From: an uncultured virus (IMG/VR IMGVR_UViG_3300021091_000050)
Taxonomy: Duplodnaviria > Heunggongvirae > Uroviricota > Caudoviricetes
DNA length: 64,000 bases
Virus record (IMG/VR): IMGVR_UViG_3300021091_000050
Reading direction: 5' to 3' (one strand)
Positions 36,480-46,405 of the stretch are shown here, in pieces. Every line of letters starts with the position of its first letter. Positions within the stretch are counted from its first letter, which is position 1. Under the pieces are notes generated by a model. It had not been told where the DNA came from. It worked only from the letters and a program-made list of their open reading frames with translations, and searched no databases. The position numbers and the translations under genes were made by a program.

Positions 36480-36890
36480 CTATGCTGGGTAGTGCGTAAT
36501 TATATAATCAACAGCCTCATCTAATGTTGGAACAATTTTTGTAGCCATGTATTTCATATATATACGATTTTTATTATCATTTGGACAAATTACAATGATT
36601 GGCTGATTATGCATCTTGGCCCAAGCCATTTCAAAATCTGTACCAATATAAGGTCTATTTTCTAGAATATATTCCACTAATAATAAATCTGAGCGTTCTT
36701 GCATAAAAATATTTTTTTGTGCAATCTCTTCTGGAGACATATATTCATGCTCTGGTATTGCTGTTGGGTCGTAGACGTTATATTCAAATTGTTGCAATTT
36801 AAAGCCAGCGTCTTTGCGCCATACTGTTGCAAAACTCCCTACGTGGTCAATAGCCCCAGCAAGATATACAGTAGTTTTTAAACGAACCAT
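36480..36890 (-). CDS. nucleoside 2-deoxyribosyltransferase-like protein
   Basis: VYLAG, GT.FEMAWA. Confidence 0.8.
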   Translation of the reverse strand: MVRLKTTVYLAGAIDHVGSFATVWRKDAGFKLQQFEYNVYDPTAIPEHEYMSPEEIAQKNIFMQERSDLLLVEYILENRPYIGTDFEMAWAKMHNQPIIVICPNDNKNRIYMKYMATKIVPTLDEAVDYIITHYPA

Positions 36891-36909
36891 TTATATTCCA
36901 GACACCTTT

Positions 36910-37824
36910 CTATGTAAGTATGCTTTTTGAGATCTGAAGTCTATCATGGTCGCTCAGGTCAATTGAAGAGAGACCGTTCCATTTTTTATCACCATAGTTG
37001 TACCAAGCACCACGACGTTGAATAATATCCATTTCAATAGCAATATCTATTAACTCACGAACTATATCTATTTTCCCTTCTTGTGGAAGAACATAGTAAT
37101 AACCGCTCGCTCCAATAGTAGGAATTTGTTTTGTCTTTTCAATTGTCCACACCGCTCTCTGAGAGGTGATAGTGTTGGTGTCATCTCTTTCCATTTCTTT
37201 CTGCGACATAGAAAGAAATAGTTTAATAATATTATGCATATTGTGATGGACAGTATTGCCCATCTTTGCTTTTGTTACCGCATACATACCGCTAAGATCG
37301 ACGGTTTGATGGGCAATAAAAAGCATCAAATTACGTTCTTTATGCAGATAGTTAACAAGTTTTTGCAATAAGAAACCTTGAGATCTTGACTGTAGACCCA
37401 TCGCCTTGCCGCCTTCGGGCTTGTCATAAAACTCTTCTTTGATGATGTTCGAAAGTGAATCAAACAAGAAAATATGTTTTTCAACATCATTATTTAAATA
37501 CTGGTGAATGGACTTCATAATCTCTTCAACAATTGTTGATTGAACAACAACAATATCACTTACATCAATACCGCATTTTTGTGCATATTCATCATTATAT
37601 GAATATTCAGAATCCACAATGACTGGACGGTAGCCCCTTGTTTGAGCCTCTGCCAGAATCCTAAATGACATTGTAGTTTTACCTACAGATGGGGTCCCCC
37701 AGAATAAATGAGTTGCACCAGTATTTAATCCACCACCTAAAGCTCTATTTAAACCAATGCTTGGTGTTGGGATTACCTCATGCACAGGCATGAGATCGCC
37801 TTTGCGTTTATCTACTAATAGCAT
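36910..37824 (-). CDS. recA: RecA/UvsX-like recombinase
   Basis: LGGG, G.PSVGKT Walker A, VDSE, FDSL, GAWY. Confidence 0.9.
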   Translation of the reverse strand: MLLVDKRKGDLMPVHEVIPTPSIGLNRALGGGLNTGATHLFWGTPSVGKTTMSFRILAEAQTRGYRPVIVDSEYSYNDEYAQKCGIDVSDIVVVQSTIVEEIMKSIHQYLNNDVEKHIFLFDSLSNIIKEEFYDKPEGGKAMGLQSRSQGFLLQKLVNYLHKERNLMLFIAHQTVDLSGMYAVTKAKMGNTVHHNMHNIIKLFLSMSQKEMERDDTNTITSQRAVWTIEKTKQIPTIGASGYYYVLPQEGKIDIVRELIDIAIEMDIIQRRGAWYNYGDKKWNGLSSIDLSDHDRLQISKSILT

Positions 37825-37856
37825 TTCTCTCCTTTTTTGATGTTTTAATTATATCT

Positions 37857-40800
37857 TTATACATTTTTTAATCCTTTTCTTTCAATATAGTCATCAATAG
37901 AAATAATTCCGCTGTCGCTTTCAATCTTGTATGAATCAAGTCGAGTAAGTGCATTCTGATCCTCAATCTTTTCAAGCCGTGCTGCAAACCATGTATTTGT
38001 ATTTAACAGGTGCCTAACCTTTTTAAGTGTATTGGGGAATACGACAACCTTGAAAATTCGTTTTCCGTCCCAGCAATAAAGGTTTGCCATTTCTTTCTTG
38101 GTGGATGTGATGAATTTTCTCATATTAAAGACATACATTAGTGTTTTTTCATCTTCAACATAGCCTAATCCTGTGTTGTGTAACCAGCCATATTCATGGT
38201 CATCATGCTTTTTCCAGAGCATTGCTAAATCATAAAGAGTCGTACCGTAATATTCATAGGCATCACAGAAATCATGCAATGTGCGATCACCAATCAATGC
38301 ATAAACATAATCCCTTGTGGCAAGCTCTGTATTTCTATCCGCAAATACGGTTGATGATCCGGAATTATCCTCAAACTCAATGCGAAGATATTGGGGGGTC
38401 TTTTTGGTGGAGCGCACAACGGCTTTTACCAACGTCAATGGCGAAGCCGTTTCATGAAAGTCTACAAGTTTGCCAACGAATTCGTCCATCTCATTCGGTT
38501 CAGCGTTGCTATTCAATGAGAACCCCAAAACGGGCAGATAGTACTTCTCATGGTCATATGACGATATATGGCCCAATGAGCAGAACGCTCCGACTTTTTC
38601 TAAGTTTTCTCGCACGTTTGCACGCACCGAAGTCTTTTTACATCTATTGACAAATTCTTCATAAGAATTAAAAGGACGCTTTGCAAATATTTCTTGAATT
38701 GCCGATTCACCACAAAGGGCAACGTTAGACAATCCAAACTGGATGTATTCTTCATCACCATTCATTCCAACAGAAAAGTATTCATTTGATGTATTTATAT
38801 CAGGGGGAACAATCTTAACCCCAATACGCTGGGCTTCCATAAGATAAGCAGTAATCTTATCACCTGCTGTTTCATTGTAAAGCATCGACCAAACGAATTC
38901 AAGAGGGTAGTTTATTTTCAGCCACATAGTCTGGTAAGACAACATAGAATAAGCGACCGCATGGGACTTGTTAAACATATAGAGGGCTGCAAGCTCAAAC
39001 TCAGACCAGATTTTTTTTGCCTCTGATTTAGAGATATATTGATTATTTACAAACTTCTCTTTGAATTCATCAAAGCCAGCAGCATCACGCTTCTTACCAA
39101 TTATCTTTCTAAGCCTATCTGCTTCTGACCACGAAAACCCCGCCATAACGACAGCCATTTGCATTAACTGTTCTTGAAAAATGACTGTGCCGTATGTTTC
39201 TCTAAGGATATCTTGAACAATCGGATGAGGATACCTTGGCTTCTCAATACCTTTCTTGCAATCAATATATCTTTGACCCTGTGACAATAAAGCACCTGGT
39301 CTAACAAGAGCGTTAGAAACAACTAAGTCATTAAAATTATCAATACCCATCCGCTCAATTAGATTGCGGTAGGCGGCAGCATCTGCTTGGAAAATGCCAA
39401 CAGTATTGCCTTCATTAAAGTTTAAATAAACATTTGAGTCATCTAAAGAAAGAGATTGCTGTGTAACATCTATACCACGAAGTTCTTTGATCTTGGCAAT
39501 GCAGTCTTTTATAACAGAAACCGTTTTAAGACCCAAAATATCAATCTTGATTAACCCGACAGACTCTGCGTCTTCCATATCGAACGCTGTAACAATAGAC
39601 CTGCCCTCTCCGTTAGTATCCTTTTTTGTTTCTACGGGGCAGACACTACTAAGAGGTATCGATGAGACAACCATTCCAGCAGCATGGACACCTGCATTTC
39701 TAATCCGACCCTCAAGTTTCTTTGCAATTTTTGGAATATCAGGATACTTGGAACAAAAGACCTTGCCTTTTGGTGAACTCTCTAGTTCTTCAAGTGTTTC
39801 AAAGTAAGGAGTGATGTTATTAATTTCCTCAAATGGAACCTGATAAACGCGAGATATGTCTTTAATTACAGACTTTGGTTTAAATGTTCCATATGTCGAA
39901 ATTGCAGCAACGTTATCATGACCCCATTTATCTCTTAGATAGTTCCTTACCTCTGTTCTACGCTTATCCTCAAAGTCTAAGTCAATGTCTGGATAGTCAT
40001 TTCTTTCTGGATTAATAAATCTTGAGAACAGTAGGCCATACTTAATAGGATCTACTTTTGTTATGTCCAACAGGTAGGCAAGGACAGAACCACCAACAGA
40101 GCCTCGACCCGTCCCTCTGCCAATGTGATTATTATCAGCCCACTTAACAAGATCCCAAACAATCAAGAAATAGTCAGAAAAACCAAGCTGTTCAATTATT
40201 TCCAATTCTTCATTAAGACGAGTTTTGTATTCATCTCCAAGCTTTTGGGTCTGAATTGTAAATTCCGCAACCTCACGAAGATAGTGATTAGAATCAAGAA
40301 CTTTAGAATACTTAGGCAATAAATTTCTTTTTGTTATGATCTTTGCTGTGCACTTGTCAGCAACTTCCATTGTATTTTCTAAATACTCCTGATCATCAAA
40401 TCCAGATTCTGTAAACCATGAGTAAACAGTTTCTGCATCTGCAACATATGGATTGATCTTGTCAAACCGCAAAAACCGTTCTGGGTACATAGCATTGATT
40501 TTGTCAATAATGTCTGCATTTTTATCATGGATAATACTCAAATTATTCCGAGCAACACGCACATCACCAGCATTAAGACTGGGGTACTGAGAAACCATCA
40601 ATAGAACCTCTTCTGTTCCCCGATCTTCATGGGATGGGAAATGGCAATCAGCAGTTGCTACAACCTTTTTGTTATAAGCATCAGCAAGAGATATTAATGA
40701 CTCATTTAGAGACTTGGGATTCCATGCTTGGATTTCATAGTAAAAATCATCACCGAATATTTTAATGAATTTTTCTGATAGAGCCTGGGCTTTAGCAAAG

Positions 40801-41246
40801 TCATTTGCTTCTATTGCTTTAGATATTGCTCCACCCATGCAACCAGAAAGAGCAATAATGTCATTATCCACCACCTCTGACAGCAGATCGAAATCAACTC
40901 TTGGCCTATAATAAAAGTTCTTTGTCCAGCCAATCTGTGATATTTTAAATAACTTCTCAAGACCGGCATTGTTCTTAGCCAATAGAATTAAATGAAACCG
41001 TTCGTATTTTGTTTGAGAATCTGAATTAACAGATGGAACAAAATAAGCCTCAACACCAAATAATGGTTTTACCCCGTGTTTTTCACAGGCACTTTGGAAC
41101 TTTAATACACCACCCATTGTGCCGTGGTCTGTTATTGCTGCTGCATACTGACCGTTGGTACTTGTAATTTTTGCTATTTCAGTTGGTGTTGACATTCCAT
41201 CAAGCAAGGAATATTCGCTATGGCAATGAAGATGGACAAAATCCAT
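37857..41246 (-). CDS. dnaE: DNA polymerase III alpha subunit
   Basis: HLHCHSEYSLLDG PHP domain, GRGS, PDIDLD, FNKSH. Confidence 0.97.
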   Translation of the reverse strand: MDFVHLHCHSEYSLLDGMSTPTEIAKITSTNGQYAAAITDHGTMGGVLKFQSACEKHGVKPLFGVEAYFVPSVNSDSQTKYERFHLILLAKNNAGLEKLFKISQIGWTKNFYYRPRVDFDLLSEVVDNDIIALSGCMGGAISKAIEANDFAKAQALSEKFIKIFGDDFYYEIQAWNPKSLNESLISLADAYNKKVVATADCHFPSHEDRGTEEVLLMVSQYPSLNAGDVRVARNNLSIIHDKNADIIDKINAMYPERFLRFDKINPYVADAETVYSWFTESGFDDQEYLENTMEVADKCTAKIITKRNLLPKYSKVLDSNHYLREVAEFTIQTQKLGDEYKTRLNEELEIIEQLGFSDYFLIVWDLVKWADNNHIGRGTGRGSVGGSVLAYLLDITKVDPIKYGLLFSRFINPERNDYPDIDLDFEDKRRTEVRNYLRDKWGHDNVAAISTYGTFKPKSVIKDISRVYQVPFEEINNITPYFETLEELESSPKGKVFCSKYPDIPKIAKKLEGRIRNAGVHAAGMVVSSIPLSSVCPVETKKDTNGEGRSIVTAFDMEDAESVGLIKIDILGLKTVSVIKDCIAKIKELRGIDVTQQSLSLDDSNVYLNFNEGNTVGIFQADAAAYRNLIERMGIDNFNDLVVSNALVRPGALLSQGQRYIDCKKGIEKPRYPHPIVQDILRETYGTVIFQEQLMQMAVVMAGFSWSEADRLRKIIGKKRDAAGFDEFKEKFVNNQYISKSEAKKIWSEFELAALYMFNKSHAVAYSMLSYQTMWLKINYPLEFVWSMLYNETAGDKITAYLMEAQRIGVKIVPPDINTSNEYFSVGMNGDEEYIQFGLSNVALCGESAIQEIFAKRPFNSYEEFVNRCKKTSVRANVRENLEKVGAFCSLGHISSYDHEKYYLPVLGFSLNSNAEPNEMDEFVGKLVDFHETASPLTLVKAVVRSTKKTPQYLRIEFEDNSGSSTVFADRNTELATRDYVYALIGDRTLHDFCDAYEYYGTTLYDLAMLWKKHDDHEYGWLHNTGLGYVEDEKTLMYVFNMRKFITSTKKEMANLYCWDGKRIFKVVVFPNTLKKVRHLLNTNTWFAARLEKIEDQNALTRLDSYKIESDSGIISIDDYIERKGLKNV

Positions 41247-41776
41247 TACGACCTTTCAAGGTTTAATTCATAAAGACTGCCCACACTCGGCAAGTCATCC
41301 CAATATTCGCTATTGTACCATGCCCGTCTCAAGACTGCGTTCATATTGTTTTCTTTTAAAAACTCAACAAAGAAAGGACTATCTTCTATAAAAATAGAAT
41401 TTTCATTATCGACATTTGATATAAAAGAATATTTGTTTTCAAAATTAGAATAAATTGGCAATGAACACGGTATACGCCAGTCATCAATGTTTTTATTTAA
41501 AATACTTTGATGGTCAGGAACATCTCGCTCGCTAACAGCGCATATGTTATGGCCATACAAAAACCAAGAATTTAATTGATGATAAGCATCTTCAAAACAT
41601 TTAATATTTTTCCAAAAAATATTTTTTTTTATTATTTTTGAAATAATATCGTCATGCTCATTATTCAATATCCAATTTGAATAATCATATTTATCATGAC
41701 CTTCTTTTTCACAAGCCCTGTCTAAGGTTGCTACTATATCAAAAATAACGCCATCCGCATCAACATAAATTTTCAT
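41246..41776 (-). CDS. HAD-family 5'(3')-nucleotidase-like protein
   Basis: YVDADGV; FIEDS; WYN. Confidence 0.7.
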   Translation of the reverse strand: MKIYVDADGVIFDIVATLDRACEKEGHDKYDYSNWILNNEHDDIISKIIKKNIFWKNIKCFEDAYHQLNSWFLYGHNICAVSERDVPDHQSILNKNIDDWRIPCSLPIYSNFENKYSFISNVDNENSIFIEDSPFFVEFLKENNMNAVLRRAWYNSEYWDDLPSVGSLYELNLERS

Positions 41777-41791
41777 TAAGACCTCTCAATC

Positions 41792-41822
41792 TGAATGGGG
41801 GGGGGTACCCCCCCCCCATTCA
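41792..41822. terminator. hairpin with homopolymeric G/C stem
   Basis: TGAAT-G9-TA-C10-ATTCA after the SSB stop. Confidence 0.55.
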
Positions 41823-41828
41823 ACAACA

Positions 41829-42479
41829 TCACCAAGTGTCTTTTGTAATTTCACCAGTTGTAAAATATGCCTGCTGCTTTTCATACGGAAGAGTTAAATA
41901 CATATTTTCCAAATCGTGCATTGGCAACTTCTTAATATCTTCTGGGGCATCTGCCACAGACAGAGGGATTAAACTATAACTGGTGTCTGAAGCAGATGAG
42001 CCAGTTCTGGAATACTTATAATACTTATCAGTAATTGTTCCAAATTCCTTAGCATACTCAATGAGTACAAGCCCAATATGATTTTTGCTAAATGTAGTGT
42101 CAAGAACACGCGGTTCCCAAACACCAGGCTCTATCTCAACAGCAATATTAATAAGAAGATGCGGTTTTGGCTTCCAAGCCTTGTCGTGGACTGACTGTTC
42201 CGTTGCCCAGCAACGGTAGTTAAATTTTTCAAGGGAAGAAGTCGATGCCGCTCGCCACTTCCAATTAATTGGAGAAGTAACGACTGGAATAGTAATCCCA
42301 GTCCCTAACTCTTCATTAAAATTAGTGGAGTCTTCGGTAAGTTCTTGGCGGAAACGAATCTTAAAAGAGTCGCCAGCGGACAGGGTTAAGTATTTCTTAA
42401 ACCCAGAACCTTGTTTTGATTGTGATGGTACTGCTGTTTTTTCTAATTCTTTAAGTGTTTTAATGCTTGAAAATGTCAT
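41829..42479 (-). CDS. single-stranded DNA-binding protein (gp32-like)
   Basis: G....IRF, RTG....T.Y.L.P; next to primase. Confidence 0.65.
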   Translation of the reverse strand: MTFSSIKTLKELEKTAVPSQSKQGSGFKKYLTLSAGDSFKIRFRQELTEDSTNFNEELGTGITIPVVTSPINWKWRAASTSSLEKFNYRCWATEQSVHDKAWKPKPHLLINIAVEIEPGVWEPRVLDTTFSKNHIGLVLIEYAKEFGTITDKYYKYSRTGSSASDTSYSLIPLSVADAPEDIKKLPMHDLENMYLTLPYEKQQAYFTTGEITKDTW

Positions 42480-42489
42480 GTTGTTTCCT

Positions 42490-43383
42490 TTATATGATTT
42501 GAATTGTATTCTCAATTGAGAATTGTATTTGTTGTTTTGTCATTTCGCCTGGGTCTTTGCAGCCTTCGGCTATCTTTGCTTCAGTAATTTTTTTACCTCG
42601 ACAGAGATCTATTATATCAGAGCGCATGGCAAAACCTGCTTCATCATTGTCTGAAAAAATAATGATGTGATCAAAATATCTTTTCAACATTTTTATTTGA
42701 TTTGAAGACACTTGAGCGCCCAGAGTTGCGACCACGTTGTAATATCCAGCTTGATAAACCATCATTGCATCAACAGAGCCCTCAGTAATTATACAAGAAG
42801 GGTAATACTTTGCATTTTGTATATTAAACAAAACATCTGCTCTTTTAAATCCCTTATTGTAAAGGTATCTTGGCTGCTGGTGGTCCATCGTTGCTCTACC
42901 AATAAAACCAACTAATTTATAATTAGCATCACGAACTGGAATGACTATTCTTTTTTTAACATCAGAATACCCGACTTCAAAATATTCCAATGTTTCTAAG
43001 TCTATGCCTCTTTCTACAAACTGGTCGAGAACTTCTATTTCTTCCTTGTTTGAATAGTTAATTAATATATTATCTATATCAAGTTCGTTTGAATTTTGTT
43101 CTGATTTAAAGCCACGTTCTATTTCTTTTGCAAGAGCAACTGGGTCGATAGCAATATTTTTAGAATAAGATTTACCAGTAATTTGACGATAAAGCTGTCT
43201 AAAATTACCACGCTTGGCGCAAGATGGATTAAAACACTGCCACAGTCCCGTTTTTTTATTTATATAAAAAGCAGCACTATTTAAATTCTTATGGAATGGG
43301 CAAAAAATATTGAGTTCACTACCACTATCAGTAATAACGTCAATATTATAATTCTTGAATAGTTCAAGAATTTGGTTCTCCAT
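42490..43383 (-). CDS. dnaG: DNA primase
   Basis: CPFH zinc finger; TEG..D and DND.AG TOPRIM; KDP. Confidence 0.9.
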   Translation of the reverse strand: MENQILELFKNYNIDVITDSGSELNIFCPFHKNLNSAAFYINKKTGLWQCFNPSCAKRGNFRQLYRQITGKSYSKNIAIDPVALAKEIERGFKSEQNSNELDIDNILINYSNKEEIEVLDQFVERGIDLETLEYFEVGYSDVKKRIVIPVRDANYKLVGFIGRATMDHQQPRYLYNKGFKRADVLFNIQNAKYYPSCIITEGSVDAMMVYQAGYYNVVATLGAQVSSNQIKMLKRYFDHIIIFSDNDEAGFAMRSDIIDLCRGKKITEAKIAEGCKDPGEMTKQQIQFSIENTIQII

Positions 43384-43384
43384 A

Positions 43385-43609
43385 TTACTTATAAAAAACG
43401 ATTTTGAATTTGAAGATGTTTGCATTTGCATCATAATCAGTAAAAAGCTCACTTTTTTTAAAAGCACCGTGCATTATTCTATATTCGTCTTCTATCCAAG
43501 GCCTCAACCTTACAACAGTTTCAATGTCACGGGCTTCGCCATTAATGAACTTTTTAGTTTGATTTAAATATCCCACTCTTCTGACCACTTTCCTGTTTCG
43601 AGGTTCCAT
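43385..43609 (-). CDS. hypothetical protein
   Basis: Fills the gap between helicase and primase. Confidence 0.5.
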   Translation of the reverse strand: MEPRNRKVVRRVGYLNQTKKFINGEARDIETVVRLRPWIEDEYRIMHGAFKKSELFTDYDANANIFKFKIVFYK

Positions 43610-44781
43610 CTAAGATAGAAACCAAAATGAGTAGAACGTCTTACTTTTCTGGATACAACTTGAAATAGATCCGAATTGTATTCTCTGTGTATAGCAAGAA
43701 CAAGGTCTGCGTCATAGGCAAGTTGTTTACTCCATGCGACCTCTTCTAATTCTGGTGGTCGTTCAGAATGACCATCACTCATCGTTACAGCAGCAACATC
43801 GATGATAGGAATACCATTTTTAACTGCCATTCTCTTGAAAGCCTTAGACAAGTTTTTGGCTTTTTCGGTTTCATTTCTAGCACCACTAGCATCATCAAAA
43901 AGACTATGATAATCAAGAATGACAACATCTGGCTGATACTGATCGATCTTTGCCTGAACCATATTTTGATCTGCTGTTTCAAGGCCCTCAGAAGTAACAA
44001 GATGAATAGCGTGCTTACCAGAAAAAGTAGCCTCTGCCCACTGTTTATACTTATCTACAACTAATGGGTTAGCACGAACAAGATCTGAATTTGTAAAATT
44101 ACCTTCTCCATTGTTAAGCAAAGTATCAAGTCTTTGCCCCTCTTGCTGCTTATTCATTTCTAGAGAAATTATTAGCGGTCTATACCCAGCCTTCCATGCA
44201 TTTACTGCAAAAAGTCGCGCAATAAAAGATTTGCCAACACCAGTCCAACCAAGCAACACAACAAAATCTCCTGATTGCCAACCACCAAAAGATTTATCAA
44301 TTACGCCAATACCACTAGGTATGCCTTGAAGTTCTTGATTACCTTTTTCTGCTCTGGCTCTCAGATCATCAAAGCGATCACGCCATTCACCTACTAAATC
44401 TGTATCTTTGAGGTTACTGGAATATTTATAAAGCTTTGATGTATTTTCCATCAAATAAGATAGGGCTTCCCTAGGGCCAACGTCGCCAAGCATTGAATTT
44501 GCTTTGGATACAATGACTCTGGTTTGATATGCTAAAGATTCTTTTTTAGCATCATCAATATAATACTCCAAAGGCTCTGGAGTAGAAATAAATTCAAACT
44601 CAGGGTGGTGCTGTTTTACTGTTTCTCTTGATGGCACTTTCTTATGGCTGTCGTAATGAGAAACGACAAAATTCCATATATCACGATATTCAATGAAGAC
44701 ATTCTCTACGCCTCCATTTACTGCTCCGACAAAATCATTAGTTGAAATTATTGAATTTAAAAGACGAACTTCGTAGTTCAC
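43564..44781 (-). CDS. dnaB: replicative DnaB-like helicase
   Basis: G.TGVGKS, SLEM, ILDY, DAD. Confidence 0.92.
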   Translation of the reverse strand: MNYEVRLLNSIISTNDFVGAVNGGVENVFIEYRDIWNFVVSHYDSHKKVPSRETVKQHHPEFEFISTPEPLEYYIDDAKKESLAYQTRVIVSKANSMLGDVGPREALSYLMENTSKLYKYSSNLKDTDLVGEWRDRFDDLRARAEKGNQELQGIPSGIGVIDKSFGGWQSGDFVVLLGWTGVGKSFIARLFAVNAWKAGYRPLIISLEMNKQQEGQRLDTLLNNGEGNFTNSDLVRANPLVVDKYKQWAEATFSGKHAIHLVTSEGLETADQNMVQAKIDQYQPDVVILDYHSLFDDASGARNETEKAKNLSKAFKRMAVKNGIPIIDVAAVTMSDGHSERPPELEEVAWSKQLAYDADLVLAIHREYNSDLFQVVSRKVRRSTHFGFYLRWNLETGKWSEEWDI

Positions 44782-45080
44782 TCATTTACCATTCTGTCGT
44801 GGGTTTCCTTAACTAAATTCTTAAATCTATTTTTGGCTTCTTCTTCAAATTTTACCTTGTCAATTAATGACCTTGATTCAATTGCAAAATCAAAAACCAA
44901 AAATGGACCATGATTTACCTTAATAAAAACATCAACTGCTTTCTTTAAGAATTCTGCATCATAGTGCTTCGCCAAAGCGTCTGCAACCGCTTCCTGCCGT
45001 GGAGAATCGGGTATGAAAAGTTTACGATATTTGTCGCATAAACTTTTGAAGTACTCTATCAGTTCTGGCCCAGTTATCAT
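44778..45080 (-). CDS. hypothetical protein
   Basis: Overlaps dnaB start. Confidence 0.65.
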   Translation of the reverse strand: MITGPELIEYFKSLCDKYRKLFIPDSPRQEAVADALAKHYDAEFLKKAVDVFIKVNHGPFLVFDFAIESRSLIDKVKFEEEAKNRFKNLVKETHDRMVNE

Positions 45081-45357
45081 CAGTATCTTTCTTTGTCTCC
45101 TTCCATATTCCTAATAAAAATTCATATTCAGATATACCACCATTTACTCCGTAAAACCCAGTTTTATCAGAAACGTCAGATTCCCATGCTTGTAAAAAAC
45201 ATTCACGGCGAACCGTGCATTTCTCACATCCAATTTTGGCATATACAATATCTTCTTTATTATAAGACAACCACGCTTCTGATTTTGGGTCAGAAGCACA
45301 AACTGCTTTTTTTGCCCAATCGTTATTTATATAATCATTTAGAAGGTTCATTATCAA
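45022..45357 (-). CDS. whiB: WhiB-like protein (divergent)
   Basis: W...AVC, AK.GC..C.VRREC, GVNGG. Confidence 0.75.
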   Translation of the reverse strand: MIMNLLNDYINNDWAKKAVCASDPKSEAWLSYNKEDIVYAKIGCEKCTVRRECFLQAWESDVSDKTGFYGVNGGISEYEFLLGIWKETKKDTDDNWARTDRVLQKFMRQIS

Positions 45358-45541
45358 GCTCTAAAAGCTTGGTTTCAATCTGGGCATCAATCGCTTCCCA
45401 TAGTTTCTTCCAAGCCGTATCGTCATCGACAGACGAGGCTTTTGTTTTTGCACCCGCATCAAGCCTCAAGGATTCATAATTACCAAGATTCTTAGTAATC
45501 CCAATAGAAGCCCAGATTTCAATTTCATTTTGATTTGACAT
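45335..45541 (-). CDS. conserved phage protein
   Basis: T.NLGNYESLRLD motif. Confidence 0.7.
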   Translation of the reverse strand: MSNQNEIEIWASIGITKNLGNYESLRLDAGAKTKASSVDDDTAWKKLWEAIDAQIETKLLELDNEPSK

Positions 45542-45983
45542 TGTTTTCCTTAATCGTTAATTTTACTTTGTTATTAAGATTTTTAATTTTTGTATCAAGA
45601 TTTTTTACTTTTTCCAAAACTGGTCGCCCTCTGTTTCTAGACCCAAAAAATTCTACCATCTCATATACTGCTTCTTCACTATAGTACCGCCAAGAAGAGT
45701 AACCAGTATATTCATCACCAAATTTTTGTGCGCCTGGGATTAAGCCGCGTTTTTCATATTTCCTGATGGTATCTGGTCTTCTTTCTACAATTTTAGCGAC
45801 CTCTCCAACCGTATATATTCTTTTTAACAAAAGTTCATTTTGCTGGTACGGAATAAGAACAGTTTTATTATTTTTTAAAGATTGGATAAAAATTTTATTT
45901 CCTGATCTATTAATTCTTTTAATTTTGACAATTGAACCAGAGTATAAATAAAATTTATTTTGAATCAGTTTTGTTGTTAACAA
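45525..45983 (-). CDS. MerR-type HTH protein
   Basis: YTVGEVA, TIRKYE..GLI, R.Y. Confidence 0.85.
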   Translation of the reverse strand: MLTTKLIQNKFYLYSGSIVKIKRINRSGNKIFIQSLKNNKTVLIPYQQNELLLKRIYTVGEVAKIVERRPDTIRKYEKRGLIPGAQKFGDEYTGYSSWRYYSEEAVYEMVEFFGSRNRGRPVLEKVKNLDTKIKNLNNKVKLTIKENNVKSK

Positions 45984-46188
45984 TCTGCTTCCTCCGTTGT
46001 TTTGCCTTTTTTAATTTAGTTAACAGGGAATCTAGCTCAACAATACTTATATCTTTGCTATCTGAGCATTTGATACAGGTAATATCCACCCACATTTCAC
46101 CAAGCGCATAATAGTCTTCACCTACTGTTTTTATACCCCCACATTTACTACATGTGAATCGTACTGAAGCATATTTTCCCAATGCCAT
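45955..46188 (-). CDS. Zn-ribbon protein
   Basis: CSKCGG, CIKC. Confidence 0.6.
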   Translation of the reverse strand: MALGKYASVRFTCSKCGGIKTVGEDYYALGEMWVDITCIKCSDSKDISIVELDSLLTKLKKAKQRRKQIVNNKTDSK

Positions 46189-46189
46189 G

Positions 46190-46405
46190 TTACTTTAATG
46201 TTGCAGCACTATTTGGATCGCCAATTTTCGTAGCAACAAATCCTTTCAAGACACTAAGGCCTGCAGCAGCAGCAGCAGTTGCTGCTGACTTTAATTCATC
46301 AACTCCACCAATGGTATAAATAGCAATGAAAGTCTGGACTGCTGTCCAGAATGCTCTTTCAACAATATCTTTTGTCAATTTAATATTCATATTTCTCCTA
46401 ATCAA
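46190..46405 (-). CDS. holin (r1t-like)
   Basis: ERA..T..QTFIA; AA.LSVLK; two TM helices. Confidence 0.75.
   Translation of the reverse strand: MIRRNMNIKLTKDIVERAFWTAVQTFIAIYTIGGVDELKSAATAAAAAGLSVLKGFVATKIGDPNSAATLK

Noticed and set aside
29252..44781. Inteins or introns in terL, dnaE, recA, dnaB
   Set aside because: Normal lengths, uninterrupted frames and no splice motifs seen.
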